Shown here: piece by piece, positions 44,306 to 55,289 of the stretch
How the letters are laid out: each line of letters begins with the position of its first letter
Position numbering within the stretch: the first letter of the stretch is position 1
Assembly: GCA_016927685.1 (NCBI GenBank)
Contig: JAFGMD010000012.1
Coordinates: 23,866-87,865 of the forward strand
Direction: 5' to 3'
Length of the DNA stretch: 64,000 nucleotides
Source of the DNA: Candidatus Falkowbacteria bacterium
GTDB lineage: Bacteria > Patescibacteriota > Patescibacteriia > CAIXNZ01
The notes under the pieces: generated by a model
Databases searched by the model: none
What the model saw: the letters and a program-made list of their open reading frames with translations, nothing else
What the model was told of the DNA's origin: nothing
Made by a program: the position numbers and the translations under genes

Positions 44306-46888
44306 ATGAAGAAGAAAAAAACAAACAAAAAAATTAAGCGCAAAAAACCGCAACTCAAAACTAAAAAGAAAATTTCCGCGAAAAAACCCATGCGCTCGAA
44401 AAAAAGAACTGTAAAAAAAGCAGTAGAACTTTTATATTCCCCAAAAGAGCTACAAATTAAAGAATCGGAAATAATACAAACAGAGGTTGCCAAACCTCTC
44501 CAAAAAGAAATTATTAAAGAGTTACCCAAGCATACATCAGCACCCTATTTAAGAAAAAATTATATCTCAAGGCATGTTCTCGATTTGAAAAAAATTCAAG
44601 CGGAAAAATATCAACTGCAAAATGAAAGAGAAAAAGACGCGCATGACATCTCGGAAGAGGTTTTAAGAAAAATAACCGGTAAAAAAAACCAAATAGCAAA
44701 AAGGGTAAAGACAATAGTGCATAATATTGAATCGGAAGCAGAAAAATTGCCGAAAATTTCACCAAAAAAATATCCGCAAAAAAAAATAAAACTAAAAATT
44801 AGTTTTCCGAAATTAGATTTGCCTGATATTAATTTGCCAAAAGCTAAAATAAGTTTGCCTTTATATTGGGCTAAAGCGATAATAAGTTTTATAATTATTT
44901 GCCTAATCTTGATTTCTCCATTTTTTGCTTTTGATCAGTATCGTAATCTTCTAGAGAAAAAAAACACGATTTTAGGCAGGACTGCATCAGCATTAACTCA
45001 TCTTTCCCTTTCTGGCGAAGCAGCTTCAGCACATGATTTATACTACACTCAATTTGAATTGCAGACAGCCAGCGAAAATTTTACTGAAGCGGAAAAAGAA
45101 TTGCAAAACATAAATCTGATTATTCAGGGCTTGTTAAAAATTACTCCAAAAATCAGCGATCAGTACAATACTGCTGCAAAATTATTAGATGCCGCAGAAA
45201 AACTTTCTACAAGCGCTGCTAATTTAAGCTTTGCCTTAGAAAATTTTGAATTATTGGATAAAAACAAAAATGAACTTAATTTAACTGAAAAGCTTTCGGC
45301 TCTCAAAGACAGCCTAAACTTAATACTGCCTGATTTAAAAATCGCTAAAAACGATTTATTAGAAATTAATATCAAAGAAATCCCAGTAAATTTTCAGGAT
45401 AAAATTATTATGTTACAGGAAATATTACCTGTTATTGAAAATAATGTTTATCAATTTATAAATTATTCGGACCTTGCCTTGCAAATTCTTGGTCAAGATA
45501 ATCTTAAACGCTATTTAATACTTTTTCAAAATAACAATGAATTGCGTCCGACAGGCGGATTTATTGGCAGTTATGCTTTGGTTGATTTTGACCGCGGCAA
45601 TATTGAAAAAATTAGTATTCCTGGCGGAGGCCCATATGACCTTAAAGCCGGATTAAAAGTTAATATTTCTGCGCCCCGACCGCTGCGCATACTTAATCAG
45701 CGCTGGGAATTTCAGGATGCTAATTGGTTTGCGGACTTACCCACTTCTGCTGATAAATTGATATGGTTTTATGAAAAAAGCGGAGGACCGACAACTGACG
45801 GCATATTTTTTATCAATGCTTCCTTTGTAGAAAAATTATTAAAAATTACAGGGCCAATTGACATGCCGGAATATGGCAAAACAATAAGCACAGAAAATTT
45901 TATAAATGAAATTCAAAAAAGTGTTGAATTTGAATATGATAAAACGATCAATAAACCTAAACAGATCATAGCTGATTTGGCGCCCAAGCTAATAGATAAA
46001 TTAATCCATGCTGATAAAATCACGCTTATTGATCTTGTAGATCTTGTATTTAATGGGTTAAATGAAAAAGAAATTCAGCTATATTTTACAAATTACTCTC
46101 TGGAAAAATTTGTACTAAATAATAATTGGGGAGGCCAAATTAAAAAAACTGATGGTGATTATTTGAATATTGTCAGCACTAATATTGCCGGTGAAAAAAC
46201 TGATGCAAAAATTAGCCAAAAAGTTAATTTAAAAGTTGATATTAAAAAAGACGGTAGTATTATTAATACTTTAACTTTAACAAAAATTCATTCAGGCGAA
46301 AAAAATGAGGCGCTTTACGGGGTGCCCAATGTAGATTATTTGCGAATATATACACCTAAAGGCAGTGAATTTATTAGCGCTTTTGGATTTGATTCTATGG
46401 AAAGCGAACTTTTTGAAAATGTGGATCCAGAAATATTTAAAACAGATGAATTGCTAGTTTCTATTTCTAACACTAAACGCATAGAACCCTTAACACAAAC
46501 TGAAATTTATTATGAGGGGGACAAAACCGTATTTGCAAATTGGATAAAAGTACAGCCAGGTCAAGAAAAAACAATTTCATTAACCTATAAACTGCCTTTT
46601 AAAATAAATCTTTTTAATTTAGACCAACCCAGCAATAATGACCTTATAGAATTTTTAAAATCACAGATAGGCAATGAAAGTGATAATAATAATTTAAGCT
46701 GGTACTCTTTGATTTTGCAAAAACAATCTGGCAAGAATTATGATATTGAAGTGCAAATTAATTTACCTGATACTTTTGATATATATAAAATTTATCCCAA
46801 AGATTTGATTAAAAAAAATAATTATTTTATTTTTTACGAAAACTTAAATGCTGATAAATTATTAGCTATTATTTTTAATAAGAAATAA
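44306..46888 (+). CDS. large membrane-anchored extracytoplasmic protein (Lys-rich N-terminus, 1 TM; possibly DUF4012-like)
   Basis: 860 aa. Highly basic N-terminal 60 aa followed by a TM helix. Motif RPTGGFIGSYALVDF. Adjacent to the glycosyltransferases. Confidence 0.5.
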   Translation: MKKKKTNKKIKRKKPQLKTKKKISAKKPMRSKKRTVKKAVELLYSPKELQIKESEIIQTEVAKPLQKEIIKELPKHTSAPYLRKNYISRHVLDLKKIQAEKYQLQNEREKDAHDISEEVLRKITGKKNQIAKRVKTIVHNIESEAEKLPKISPKKYPQKKIKLKISFPKLDLPDINLPKAKISLPLYWAKAIISFIIICLILISPFFAFDQYRNLLEKKNTILGRTASALTHLSLSGEAASAHDLYYTQFELQTASENFTEAEKELQNINLIIQGLLKITPKISDQYNTAAKLLDAAEKLSTSAANLSFALENFELLDKNKNELNLTEKLSALKDSLNLILPDLKIAKNDLLEINIKEIPVNFQDKIIMLQEILPVIENNVYQFINYSDLALQILGQDNLKRYLILFQNNNELRPTGGFIGSYALVDFDRGNIEKISIPGGGPYDLKAGLKVNISAPRPLRILNQRWEFQDANWFADLPTSADKLIWFYEKSGGPTTDGIFFINASFVEKLLKITGPIDMPEYGKTISTENFINEIQKSVEFEYDKTINKPKQIIADLAPKLIDKLIHADKITLIDLVDLVFNGLNEKEIQLYFTNYSLEKFVLNNNWGGQIKKTDGDYLNIVSTNIAGEKTDAKISQKVNLKVDIKKDGSIINTLTLTKIHSGEKNEALYGVPNVDYLRIYTPKGSEFISAFGFDSMESELFENVDPEIFKTDELLVSISNTKRIEPLTQTEIYYEGDKTVFANWIKVQPGQEKTISLTYKLPFKINLFNLDQPSNNDLIEFLKSQIGNESDNNNLSWYSLILQKQSGKNYDIEVQINLPDTFDIYKIYPKDLIKKNNYFIFYENLNADKLLAIIFNKK

Positions 46889-46890
46889 TC

Positions 46891-48813
46891 ATGAATGATT
46901 TTGAAAAGAACAAATCAGATTTGGCTAAAGCAAAAGAAATTGACAAAGAATTAAAAAATATTTATAAACAAGGCGGCAAAATGCCTGACATGGGTAAGCT
47001 GGACCATAAGCAAAGAAGTAAATTTTTGGGCTTATTTTTTTTAATTATTACTTTATTATTAATCCTAGGAGTTTCTGTGCTGGGATTTTTTGTTTTTCAG
47101 CAAAAGCCAAAATATACTGGCGATAAAATTAGTTTAGAAATTAAAGCTCCGTTTAATGCCGCTTCCGGCGAAAGAATAAGCTATGAAATAAAAATAACCA
47201 ATGGCGAAGAAATAAGCTTAACTAAGGCAGAGCTTTGCGTTTATTTGCCGCAGGGATTTATTTTTGAAAATTCCAGCCTGATGTCTAAAATTAAAGCTCC
47301 TGAAGGCGAGAACCCCAACCCTAATATTAAGGTCTGGCAGCTGGATGACCTCTACAGCAAACAAATACAATCAATAATAATTACCGGCAAATTGATAGGA
47401 CAAACGAATTCAAAACAACCCATTTCCGCCACATTTAGTTATTTTCCCGCTAATTTTAACTCGGAATTTCAGAAAAATGTTTCCTTTAATACGGATATTG
47501 CCGATTCTTTAGTTGATTTCGAATTAGATTATCCTTCCCAGGCGGCAAACCTGGATGAAATTGTATTTAATTTAAAAATAAAAAATAAATCAGAAGATAC
47601 TGAAATTAGCAATGTGCAAATAGAATTAAATTTTTCTGAAAATTTCACATTAACAGAGAGCCAGGCCATTCAGGGGGACAAAAAAAATCCTATTGTCAAA
47701 GAAAAGCTAGCTGCTCAGGCGAAACAAAAACTATGGGATATTGACAAATTGATGCCAAAAGAGGAATGGCAAATAAAATTCAAGGGTAAATTTGAGGTAA
47801 GTGAAAGTAAAAGTGAGGAATTTAATATAAAATTAAGAGAAAAAGGTTCCGCTGAAGAATATATTGATCAAAAAGAAAAAAATTATAATATTGAAATTAT
47901 TAAGGGCGATTTGTTGACAAATTTGATTATTAATGGTTCCAGCCAAAATAAAGCTTTCAATTTTGGCGACACGCTTAATTGCCTCTTAGTAATTGAAAAT
48001 AAAAGTAAAAAAATATTAGGCGATATTAAGGCCAGGCTAGTTCTTGATTCTACCTTATTGGACCGATCGACACTTTTAGATAATAACAATGGCATGGTCC
48101 AAGACAATCAAATACTTTGGACCAAAGAGCAAATATCACAATTGGGATTTATTATACCAGAAGGTGAAGTAGAAATCCCCCTTCAAATAAAATTAAAAGA
48201 TTTTGATCCGTCCCTAAAATATAAAGAAGAAGATTTAAAAGTGAGAAGTTTTTTTGAAACACAAATCAATAAAATAAATGATAAAGATGTGCAGGTTGCC
48301 GTGCAAAGCAACACTTTAATAAATGAGATAAATACAAATTCCGACTTAAGCGCTGCAATTAGATATTTTGCCGACACAAACGGAACCATCGGGAGCGGTC
48401 CCTTGCCCCCAATTGTTGGACAAACAACAAGTTATAAAGTATTTTTGACTCTTACAAATTCATTGCATGAAATAAATAATATTAAAGTGCAAATAAAATT
48501 ACCAGATTATGTTAATTATGCGGGCAATGAAAATATTTCAGCGGGAAATTTAATATTAGGAGAACAAAACCAGCTAATTTGGCAAATTTCACGCATTCCC
48601 GCCTCAGTAACCAAAACAACTGCAGAATTCGAAATAGCCATAACCCCGATAATATCAGATGCCAATAAAATAATGACTTTAATTAATGAAATAGAACTTT
48701 CAGTAATTGACTCTCAAACCCTTGATTCTATAGAAAAAACAATTACTGGCTTGACTACAAATCTTGAAGCAGATGAACTAGGCAAAAACAAAGGAGTTGT
48801 GCAACTTGAATAA
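46891..48813 (+). CDS. membrane-anchored hypothetical protein (640 aa), beta-rich extracellular region
   Basis: ORF with a TM at aa ~45-68. Start ATG lies 3 nt after the previous stop. Confidence 0.5.
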   Translation: MNDFEKNKSDLAKAKEIDKELKNIYKQGGKMPDMGKLDHKQRSKFLGLFFLIITLLLILGVSVLGFFVFQQKPKYTGDKISLEIKAPFNAASGERISYEIKITNGEEISLTKAELCVYLPQGFIFENSSLMSKIKAPEGENPNPNIKVWQLDDLYSKQIQSIIITGKLIGQTNSKQPISATFSYFPANFNSEFQKNVSFNTDIADSLVDFELDYPSQAANLDEIVFNLKIKNKSEDTEISNVQIELNFSENFTLTESQAIQGDKKNPIVKEKLAAQAKQKLWDIDKLMPKEEWQIKFKGKFEVSESKSEEFNIKLREKGSAEEYIDQKEKNYNIEIIKGDLLTNLIINGSSQNKAFNFGDTLNCLLVIENKSKKILGDIKARLVLDSTLLDRSTLLDNNNGMVQDNQILWTKEQISQLGFIIPEGEVEIPLQIKLKDFDPSLKYKEEDLKVRSFFETQINKINDKDVQVAVQSNTLINEINTNSDLSAAIRYFADTNGTIGSGPLPPIVGQTTSYKVFLTLTNSLHEINNIKVQIKLPDYVNYAGNENISAGNLILGEQNQLIWQISRIPASVTKTTAEFEIAITPIISDANKIMTLINEIELSVIDSQTLDSIEKTITGLTTNLEADELGKNKGVVQLE

Positions 48814-48823
48814 ATATAAATAA

Positions 48824-48858
48824 AAAAATCGCCTAGCTTTACTAGGTGATTTTTTTAT
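48824..48858. terminator. bidirectional terminator between convergent genes
   Basis: aaaaaaatcgcctag ctttact aggtgattttttt. Confidence 0.6.
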
Positions 48859-49769
48859 CTAAATATTTTTACTATTTTATATAGTAAGAACCAGGCCTTA
48901 TCTACTGGCAAATCCCAGCTCCCAGCATATTCAATTTCAAACCCTCCAAAACCTTTTTTAAATCTTGTCACGCCTGGCCATTTAGCCTCGTCAATCCCCC
49001 AAAAATCATAATATTTATAGCCTTTATTCTTGGCGATTTTAATCAATTCCCATTGCAAAAAATGCGGTGCCATTAAATTTTTATCATCTGGAGCTGATCC
49101 GCCATACAAATATGTAGCCGTGTCTCCAAAAAAAACAATCATATTGGCACATAAAATCTTGCTTTCGTACTGGGCGAAATATATTTTAGCCAAATGATCT
49201 TGATACAATTTATTATAATAGGTACAATTAAATAATTTTTTTTCTTTCCGTCTAAATGTATCAACCAGCAAATCATAAAATTTTAAAAATTCTTCCTCTC
49301 GACAAATTTGCAGAGTAACTCCTTTTTTTGCCGCTAAACGAATATTATAGCGCCATTTTTGATGCATTTCGTCCAATAATTGCTCTTCGCTTTTGGTCAA
49401 ATCTAGTAATAAAGTTTTATTGGGTTGTGTATTTTTAACCTTTTTAAATCCCAAACTCCCCAAGTTTTGTTTGATTGACTCGATCTTAATAAAAATACAA
49501 CCTTCCTTTTTGGCAAGATCTTTTATGCCTTCAATAATATTTTTATTCAACTCAAAATTTAATCTGGGAATATACAAATAACTCTTATTAAACGGCAAAG
49601 TCATTTTAATTACTAAAATATAAACTCCATCAAAGTCCAGACGCCAAATTTTTCTATTTAATCTCTGTTGAAATTCTCCCCATTCCCATGATTGCAAAAA
49701 TTGGGCCATTTTCTGCGTCCCAATTTTATTATCCCATTCTTCTTTATATGTAATTTCTTTAATTTCCAT
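48855..49769 (-). CDS. FemAB-family aminoacyltransferase (peptidoglycan interpeptide bridge formation)
   Basis: LYGGSAPDDKNLMAPHFLQWELIKIAKNKGYKYYDFWGI matches the FemAB core. Confidence 0.75.
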   Translation of the reverse strand: MEIKEITYKEEWDNKIGTQKMAQFLQSWEWGEFQQRLNRKIWRLDFDGVYILVIKMTLPFNKSYLYIPRLNFELNKNIIEGIKDLAKKEGCIFIKIESIKQNLGSLGFKKVKNTQPNKTLLLDLTKSEEQLLDEMHQKWRYNIRLAAKKGVTLQICREEEFLKFYDLLVDTFRRKEKKLFNCTYYNKLYQDHLAKIYFAQYESKILCANMIVFFGDTATYLYGGSAPDDKNLMAPHFLQWELIKIAKNKGYKYYDFWGIDEAKWPGVTRFKKGFGGFEIEYAGSWDLPVDKAWFLLYKIVKIFR

Positions 49770-49770
49770 T

Positions 49771-50349
49771 TTAGTATTTTTTACTTAAAAGTTGTAAAGC
49801 GGCTTTGACCTTTTTCTCAGTACCTTTTATATTTTTATCAATTTGCCTTAGAACATCTCTGGCTTGTTCTGTAGAATATCCTAGGCCGACTAAAGCATCG
49901 ATTACATCGGCATCTTCAGATTGAATTATCTTGCCACTAACTTCGGCCAAGCCTTTATATTTATTTTTTAATTCCAATACAATGCGTTCAGCGGTTTTTT
50001 TGCCAATACCAGAAATCTTTGTCAGAACTGAAGCATCGCCAGAGATTATAGCTGACTCAATTTCATCAATCTTAGCAACAGATAAAGCGTTTAAAGCTGT
50101 CTTTGGCCCAATGCCCGAAACAGAAATCAACTTCTCAAACATAAGCTGTTCTTCGCGACTGGCAAAGCCAAAAAGGTCAATAGCATCTTCTTTCACGTTT
50201 TGATAACAAAAAATTTCAACTTCTTGCGCAACTTTTGCCTTATTTAAAATATTTGCAGTAGTAAAAATTTTATAGCCAATATTATTGACGTTGATCTCTA
50301 TAAAATTCGCGCCTACATATTGAATTTTACCTTTTAAGTATGAAATCAT
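49771..50349 (-). CDS. ruvA: Holliday junction DNA helicase RuvA
   Basis: MISYLKGKI start, GIGPKTALNALS HhH motif, 192 aa. Confidence 0.88.
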   Translation of the reverse strand: MISYLKGKIQYVGANFIEINVNNIGYKIFTTANILNKAKVAQEVEIFCYQNVKEDAIDLFGFASREEQLMFEKLISVSGIGPKTALNALSVAKIDEIESAIISGDASVLTKISGIGKKTAERIVLELKNKYKGLAEVSGKIIQSEDADVIDALVGLGYSTEQARDVLRQIDKNIKGTEKKVKAALQLLSKKY

Positions 50350-51566
50350 ATCTTTTTTCTTAAAATAGTCATAACCGGCACCTCTTTATTAAGTTTAACT
50401 AATATTGCCTTACCTTGTCCACCATGGACTTCTTTGACATTTTTTTTCTTATCTAAATCAAAAATCTCCTTAATTTTTTCAGTAAAGTTATCTTGAAGTG
50501 GTCTAATAAATTCTATTGTCTCGCCCGATCTAATTACATTATGCACCTTGATTTTAGCTTGCCAAGCTTTTTTATTATTTTTTTTACTTTCAATAACTTC
50601 TCCGCAAAATTCTGATTCCGAACGAAAGTGGGTTTTATTATAATTCTGCATTTTTACTTTTTCAGTGTCAAAATAGAAACCCGTCGTAAAATCTCTGTTG
50701 GAAATTTTTTGTAATTCCTTATATAAATTATCAGTCAAACTCTTGTTATTCATATTATCTAGGGCTTGCCTGTAAATTTTAACTGCATTAGCCAAATAAG
50801 CAATACTTTTTGTCCTGCCTTCAATTTTAAAATGCTTAATACCAGCCCTTTCCATTTCTTTCAGATATTTAATCATACAAATGTCTTTTGAGCTTAAAAT
50901 ATATGTACCATGCTGATCTTCTTCGATGGGCATAAATTCACCTGGCCGCGTTTCTTCTTCTAAATGTAATTTATATGACCAACGACATGGGTGAGAACAA
51001 TCGCCCAAATTAGCGCTACGATTGGCCAAATAACTAGATAGAATACAGCGTCCAGAATAGGCCATACACATAGCGCCATGCCCAAAGCCTTCTAATTCTA
51101 ATTGCGGAACTTTTTTATGAATTTCGTTTATTTCTTTTAAATTTAACTCTCTGGCCAAAATAATTCTTTTAATCCCTTGTTTATGCCAAAATTGGGCGGC
51201 TTGCCAATTTGTGCAATTAGCTTGAGTAGATAAATGCAAATCAATGCCTTTTAAATGTTTTTTTGCCAGCATAATGATACCTGGGTCTGAAATAATAACC
51301 GCATCGGGCTTTAACTTATTCAGCAATTTCAAATTTTGTTCTATTGACTTGAGGTGATGGTTATGGGCGTATATATTTACAGTCACATATATTTTCTTAT
51401 TGTGATCGTGGCAATATTTAATCGCTTCTTCTAGTTTTAATGGCGTAAAATCGTTAATTCTAGCGCGCAAGCTTAAAGAGGGCAAACCCAGATAAACTGA
51501 ATCTGCCCCATATTCAATAGCATATTTCATTTTACTAAAATTGCCCGCAGGCGCTAGTAATTCCAT
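50346..51566 (-). CDS. U32-family peptidase (YhbU/RlhA-like)
   Basis: MELLAPAGN start, typical of the U32 family. Conserved Cys/His clusters. Confidence 0.8.
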   Translation of the reverse strand: MELLAPAGNFSKMKYAIEYGADSVYLGLPSLSLRARINDFTPLKLEEAIKYCHDHNKKIYVTVNIYAHNHHLKSIEQNLKLLNKLKPDAVIISDPGIIMLAKKHLKGIDLHLSTQANCTNWQAAQFWHKQGIKRIILARELNLKEINEIHKKVPQLELEGFGHGAMCMAYSGRCILSSYLANRSANLGDCSHPCRWSYKLHLEEETRPGEFMPIEEDQHGTYILSSKDICMIKYLKEMERAGIKHFKIEGRTKSIAYLANAVKIYRQALDNMNNKSLTDNLYKELQKISNRDFTTGFYFDTEKVKMQNYNKTHFRSESEFCGEVIESKKNNKKAWQAKIKVHNVIRSGETIEFIRPLQDNFTEKIKEIFDLDKKKNVKEVHGGQGKAILVKLNKEVPVMTILRKKI

Positions 51567-51629
51567 ATCTTGACAATATTATTATAATACATTAACATTA
51601 AATTATTGATGTTATATAAGGAGGATGGA

Positions 51630-52187
51630 ATGGAAAGCATTATTGGTCCACAAAAGGAAAAGGAGTTATCAAAAAAGAAAATGTGTACTGTCTTGGGTAT
51701 CTATCTTTCGGGAAGTTCAAAGGGTCTTGAGGTTTTGCTGGTTAATGAAATCAATAAAGATGATAAATTCAGATTGCCAGGAGGGGCGGTTCTTCTTAAG
51801 GGTGGGGCTCACAGACAAAGGAAGCGTGAAAATCATAACTTACGTAAGTATGTTTATTTACAGGCCGAATTTAACATTGAAATATTAAAACCTATTGGCA
51901 TACGCACCTTTGCTCTCTATACCTACGACAATGAAATTATCAAGGTCTATCTGATAACGCACAGTCAAAAAATTATAAGTTCAAGCTGGCACAAGAATCA
52001 TCCAAACTACCGAGCCAGATTAGTGCTTATAGATGAAATACTTAATGGCAAGTGTTACTTGCGGATTGATCAGATTACCAAAATAATATTAACTGATTTC
52101 TTGAGGAGAATCAATAAAAAAAGAAAGACAAACAGACACAACCACCTCGTTCCTGTCAGCGAAATTAAATTAAGAGCCATAGCTTAA
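51630..52187 (+). CDS. hypothetical protein (weak Nudix-like LPGGAVLLKGGAHRQRKRE segment)
   Basis: ATG at 51630 lies 5 nt after AGGAGG. The ORF-track start at 51606 is a TTG-ATG further upstream. Confidence 0.4.
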   Translation: MESIIGPQKEKELSKKKMCTVLGIYLSGSSKGLEVLLVNEINKDDKFRLPGGAVLLKGGAHRQRKRENHNLRKYVYLQAEFNIEILKPIGIRTFALYTYDNEIIKVYLITHSQKIISSSWHKNHPNYRARLVLIDEILNGKCYLRIDQITKIILTDFLRRINKKRKTNRHNHLVPVSEIKLRAIA

Positions 52188-52203
52188 TGCTATGGCTTTT
52201 TTA
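52173..52203. terminator. bidirectional terminator (agccatagc ttaat gctatggct + tttttt) shared by convergent genes
   Basis: Perfect 9-bp stem. Confidence 0.75.
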
Positions 52204-55135
52204 TGCCAATCCAAATTTTTAAACCATTTATTTCGAATTCTTTCTGTTCATCTTTAGCTAATTTTACTTTTTCATCTAAAATATCTTTTGATAAAGTACT
52301 CTTTTTTATTTCTTCCTTGGCCTCGCTGATTGCTTTTAATAAATCTTTATCTTTTGTTTGATAATACACATTAACAGAATCTCCTAAGCTTAAATTTAAA
52401 TCTTTTCTAAGGGCATTGATAAATCTAATTAATTCCCTGATATGCCCCTCTCTCTGTAAATCAGCTGAAATTTTAATATTAAGGGCAACTTTATACAGCT
52501 CATCTGCGCCTATTATATAATTCTTTTCTGTCGGTAATTTTTCGGAAATCTCTACCACCTTAACATTTACCTCCTCCTTAATCAATTCCAAAAATTCATT
52601 GGGCAAAGATTTTTTTGTAATAATCAATTTGTTTAACGGTTGCCTAATTTTAACGCCCGCTTCTGCTCTGGCAGCCAAAGCTTGCTCAATTAATTTTCTC
52701 GCTATTTCCATTTGTTCTAATAATTCTGACTTGATCAAATCAGGTGCCACGCTTGGCCAATCTTCCAAATGCACGCTTTCTTTTTTGCCGTGTAATTTTT
52801 GATAAATATTTTCAGCTGTAAAAGGTAAAAATGGAGCACAAATTTTAGCTAAGTTTAATAAAATATAATGCATTGTGGCTAAAGCATGCGCCTTATCATT
52901 TTGATCATCTCCTTTAAACCTTTCTCGACTGCGTCGTAAATACCAAGTTGATAATTCATTAATAAAGTCGGATATTGGTCGCGCTGCCCGCGTTAAATCA
53001 AAAATATCCATCTCTTCCGTAACTTCTTTTAATAAAATATTTAATTTAGCTACAATCCATTTGTCTAAAATATTTTCCAAATCATTTGGTCTTAAATTTT
53101 TATCAAAATTCATGCTTTTTTCATACAAAGCATAAAAACTGTAAATATTATTCAAAAGCATAACGGTTTTTCGCAGAGTCTCTTCGACTAAGCGATCCGA
53201 AAAACGATAATCTTCACCCATGGGCGTTGAAACTAGCAAAAAATAGCGAATCGCATCTACGCCTGCTTTATCAATTAAAATATTTGGTTCGGTATAATTT
53301 TTCAATCTCTTAGAAAGTTTTTTTCCGTCTTCTGCCAAGATTAATCCATTTGCAATTACATTTTTATATGCTGGTTTATTAAATAGCGCTGTCGCTAAAA
53401 CATGCAAAGTATAAAACCAACCGCGGGTTTGATCCAGACCCTCGCCAATAAAATCACAAGGAAAGCCTTTCTCAAATTTTTCTTTATTTTCAAAAGGATA
53501 ATGATACTGAGCGTAAGGCATAGAACCAGATTCAAACCAGCAGTCAAAAACTTCTTCTATGCGATTCATTTCCCCGCCGCAAGCGCATTTAAATTTAATT
53601 TCATCAATATAGGGTCTATGCAAATCTTTTATTTCTGAATTTTCCAATTCTTTAATACTGCCCACAACCTTATAAGTATTGCATTTTTCACATTGCCAGA
53701 CAGGAATTGGCGCACCCCAAAATCTATTTCTGGAAATATTCCAGTCCTTAGCGCCTTCCAGCCATTTACCAAAACGACCCTCTTTAAGATGCTCCGGTAC
53801 CCAACGAATGCCTTCATGTTTTTTTCCATTAGGATCAGTTATTCTTAATTCATTATTGTTATATACCAAATTATCTTTAAATTTTGTGACTGCCACATAC
53901 CAAGCGTCTAACGCATAATAAATTAATGGGCTGTCACAGCGCCAGCAAAAAGGATAATCATGCTCAATTTTATCGTTTATGCCGGATATTAAAATATTTT
54001 TATCTTTTAAATATTCCATTATTTTCAAATCAGCATCTTTTACAAAAACTCCTGCCCAATCTTTTACTTCTGACTTAAACTTGCCCTCTGAATCAACTGT
54101 CATTAAAACTGGCAAATTATACTTTCTGCCTATTTCCATATCTTCTTCGCCAAAAGCCGGGGCAATATGAACTATGCCCGTGCCATCTTCTGTCGTAACA
54201 AAATCTCCCTCAATTACATAATAAGCTTTTCTATCTAACTTTTTAAAATAATCAAAAATCGGTTCGTATTCCCAATTTAAAAGGTCGGCTCCTTTAAATA
54301 ATTCAACAAGCTCATAATGCCCCAAATATTTTTCAAGAGTGTCTAATCTGGCTTTGGCCAAAATATAATATTCCCTGCCGACTTTGATTTTCGCATATTC
54401 AACTGACTTGCCTACGGCTAAAGCTACATTTGAAGGCAATGTCCAGGGCGTTGTAGTCCAAACCAAAAAGTAAGCATTATCCTGATCTTTTATTTTGACC
54501 TTGAAATAAATTGAAGGATCTTTTGCTTTCTGATAATTTTGATTAACTTCAAAATTCGATAATGGAGTACCACAGCGAGGGCAATAAGGGGCTACGCGAT
54601 AATCCTTATATACCAAACCTTTATTAAAAAGTTCTTTAAAAACCCACCAAACCGTTTCAGTGTATTCTTTATTCATGGTCGCATATTGATTGGAATAATC
54701 AGCCCAACGGCCGATGCGCCTGAAAGTATCCTTCCACTCATCTACGCATGTAAAAACAGATGCTTGACAGCGATCATTAAATAATTTAATGCTGTCATAT
54801 TCATTTTTAGCCAATCCTAAAATTTCTTTCTTTGATTTTATTTTTAATTCCTTTTCAATCAGGTTTTCTACGGGCAAACCATGGCAATCCCAACCAACAG
54901 TACGCTCAACCTTAAATCCGCGCATAGTCCAATAACGCGTTACTGTATCTTTTAACGTAGAGGCTAAAAGATGGCCATAATGTGGTGAACCCGAAGCAAA
55001 TGGCGGACCATCATAGAATGAAAAAACTGGCGACTTCTCGCGCGCCTTAACTGATTTTTCAAAAATTTTATTTTTCTCCCAAAAAGCAATGATTTCTTCT
55101 TCTTTTTGGGCGAAATTTGATTTATTTTCTGACAT
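52190..55135 (-). CDS. ileS: isoleucyl-tRNA synthetase, type 2 (eukaryote/archaea-like)
   Basis: YDGPPFASGSPHYGHLL HIGH region (the type-2 'PPFA' form) and KLSKRLKNY KMSKS motif, 981 aa. Confidence 0.88.
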   Translation of the reverse strand: MSENKSNFAQKEEEIIAFWEKNKIFEKSVKAREKSPVFSFYDGPPFASGSPHYGHLLASTLKDTVTRYWTMRGFKVERTVGWDCHGLPVENLIEKELKIKSKKEILGLAKNEYDSIKLFNDRCQASVFTCVDEWKDTFRRIGRWADYSNQYATMNKEYTETVWWVFKELFNKGLVYKDYRVAPYCPRCGTPLSNFEVNQNYQKAKDPSIYFKVKIKDQDNAYFLVWTTTPWTLPSNVALAVGKSVEYAKIKVGREYYILAKARLDTLEKYLGHYELVELFKGADLLNWEYEPIFDYFKKLDRKAYYVIEGDFVTTEDGTGIVHIAPAFGEEDMEIGRKYNLPVLMTVDSEGKFKSEVKDWAGVFVKDADLKIMEYLKDKNILISGINDKIEHDYPFCWRCDSPLIYYALDAWYVAVTKFKDNLVYNNNELRITDPNGKKHEGIRWVPEHLKEGRFGKWLEGAKDWNISRNRFWGAPIPVWQCEKCNTYKVVGSIKELENSEIKDLHRPYIDEIKFKCACGGEMNRIEEVFDCWFESGSMPYAQYHYPFENKEKFEKGFPCDFIGEGLDQTRGWFYTLHVLATALFNKPAYKNVIANGLILAEDGKKLSKRLKNYTEPNILIDKAGVDAIRYFLLVSTPMGEDYRFSDRLVEETLRKTVMLLNNIYSFYALYEKSMNFDKNLRPNDLENILDKWIVAKLNILLKEVTEEMDIFDLTRAARPISDFINELSTWYLRRSRERFKGDDQNDKAHALATMHYILLNLAKICAPFLPFTAENIYQKLHGKKESVHLEDWPSVAPDLIKSELLEQMEIARKLIEQALAARAEAGVKIRQPLNKLIITKKSLPNEFLELIKEEVNVKVVEISEKLPTEKNYIIGADELYKVALNIKISADLQREGHIRELIRFINALRKDLNLSLGDSVNVYYQTKDKDLLKAISEAKEEIKKSTLSKDILDEKVKLAKDEQKEFEINGLKIWIGIKKP

Positions 55136-55289
55136 ATTATATTTCTTTTAGCCAATACCCAATTACTAATGGCTAATGACTTAATATCAATTATTTTAGC
55201 TAAAATAGCGCTAAAAGTCAAAAATCATATTAGCAGTTTTTATTTTTTTTCTGCTATAATGTAAGTAATCTAATTCTTAATAATAAATT

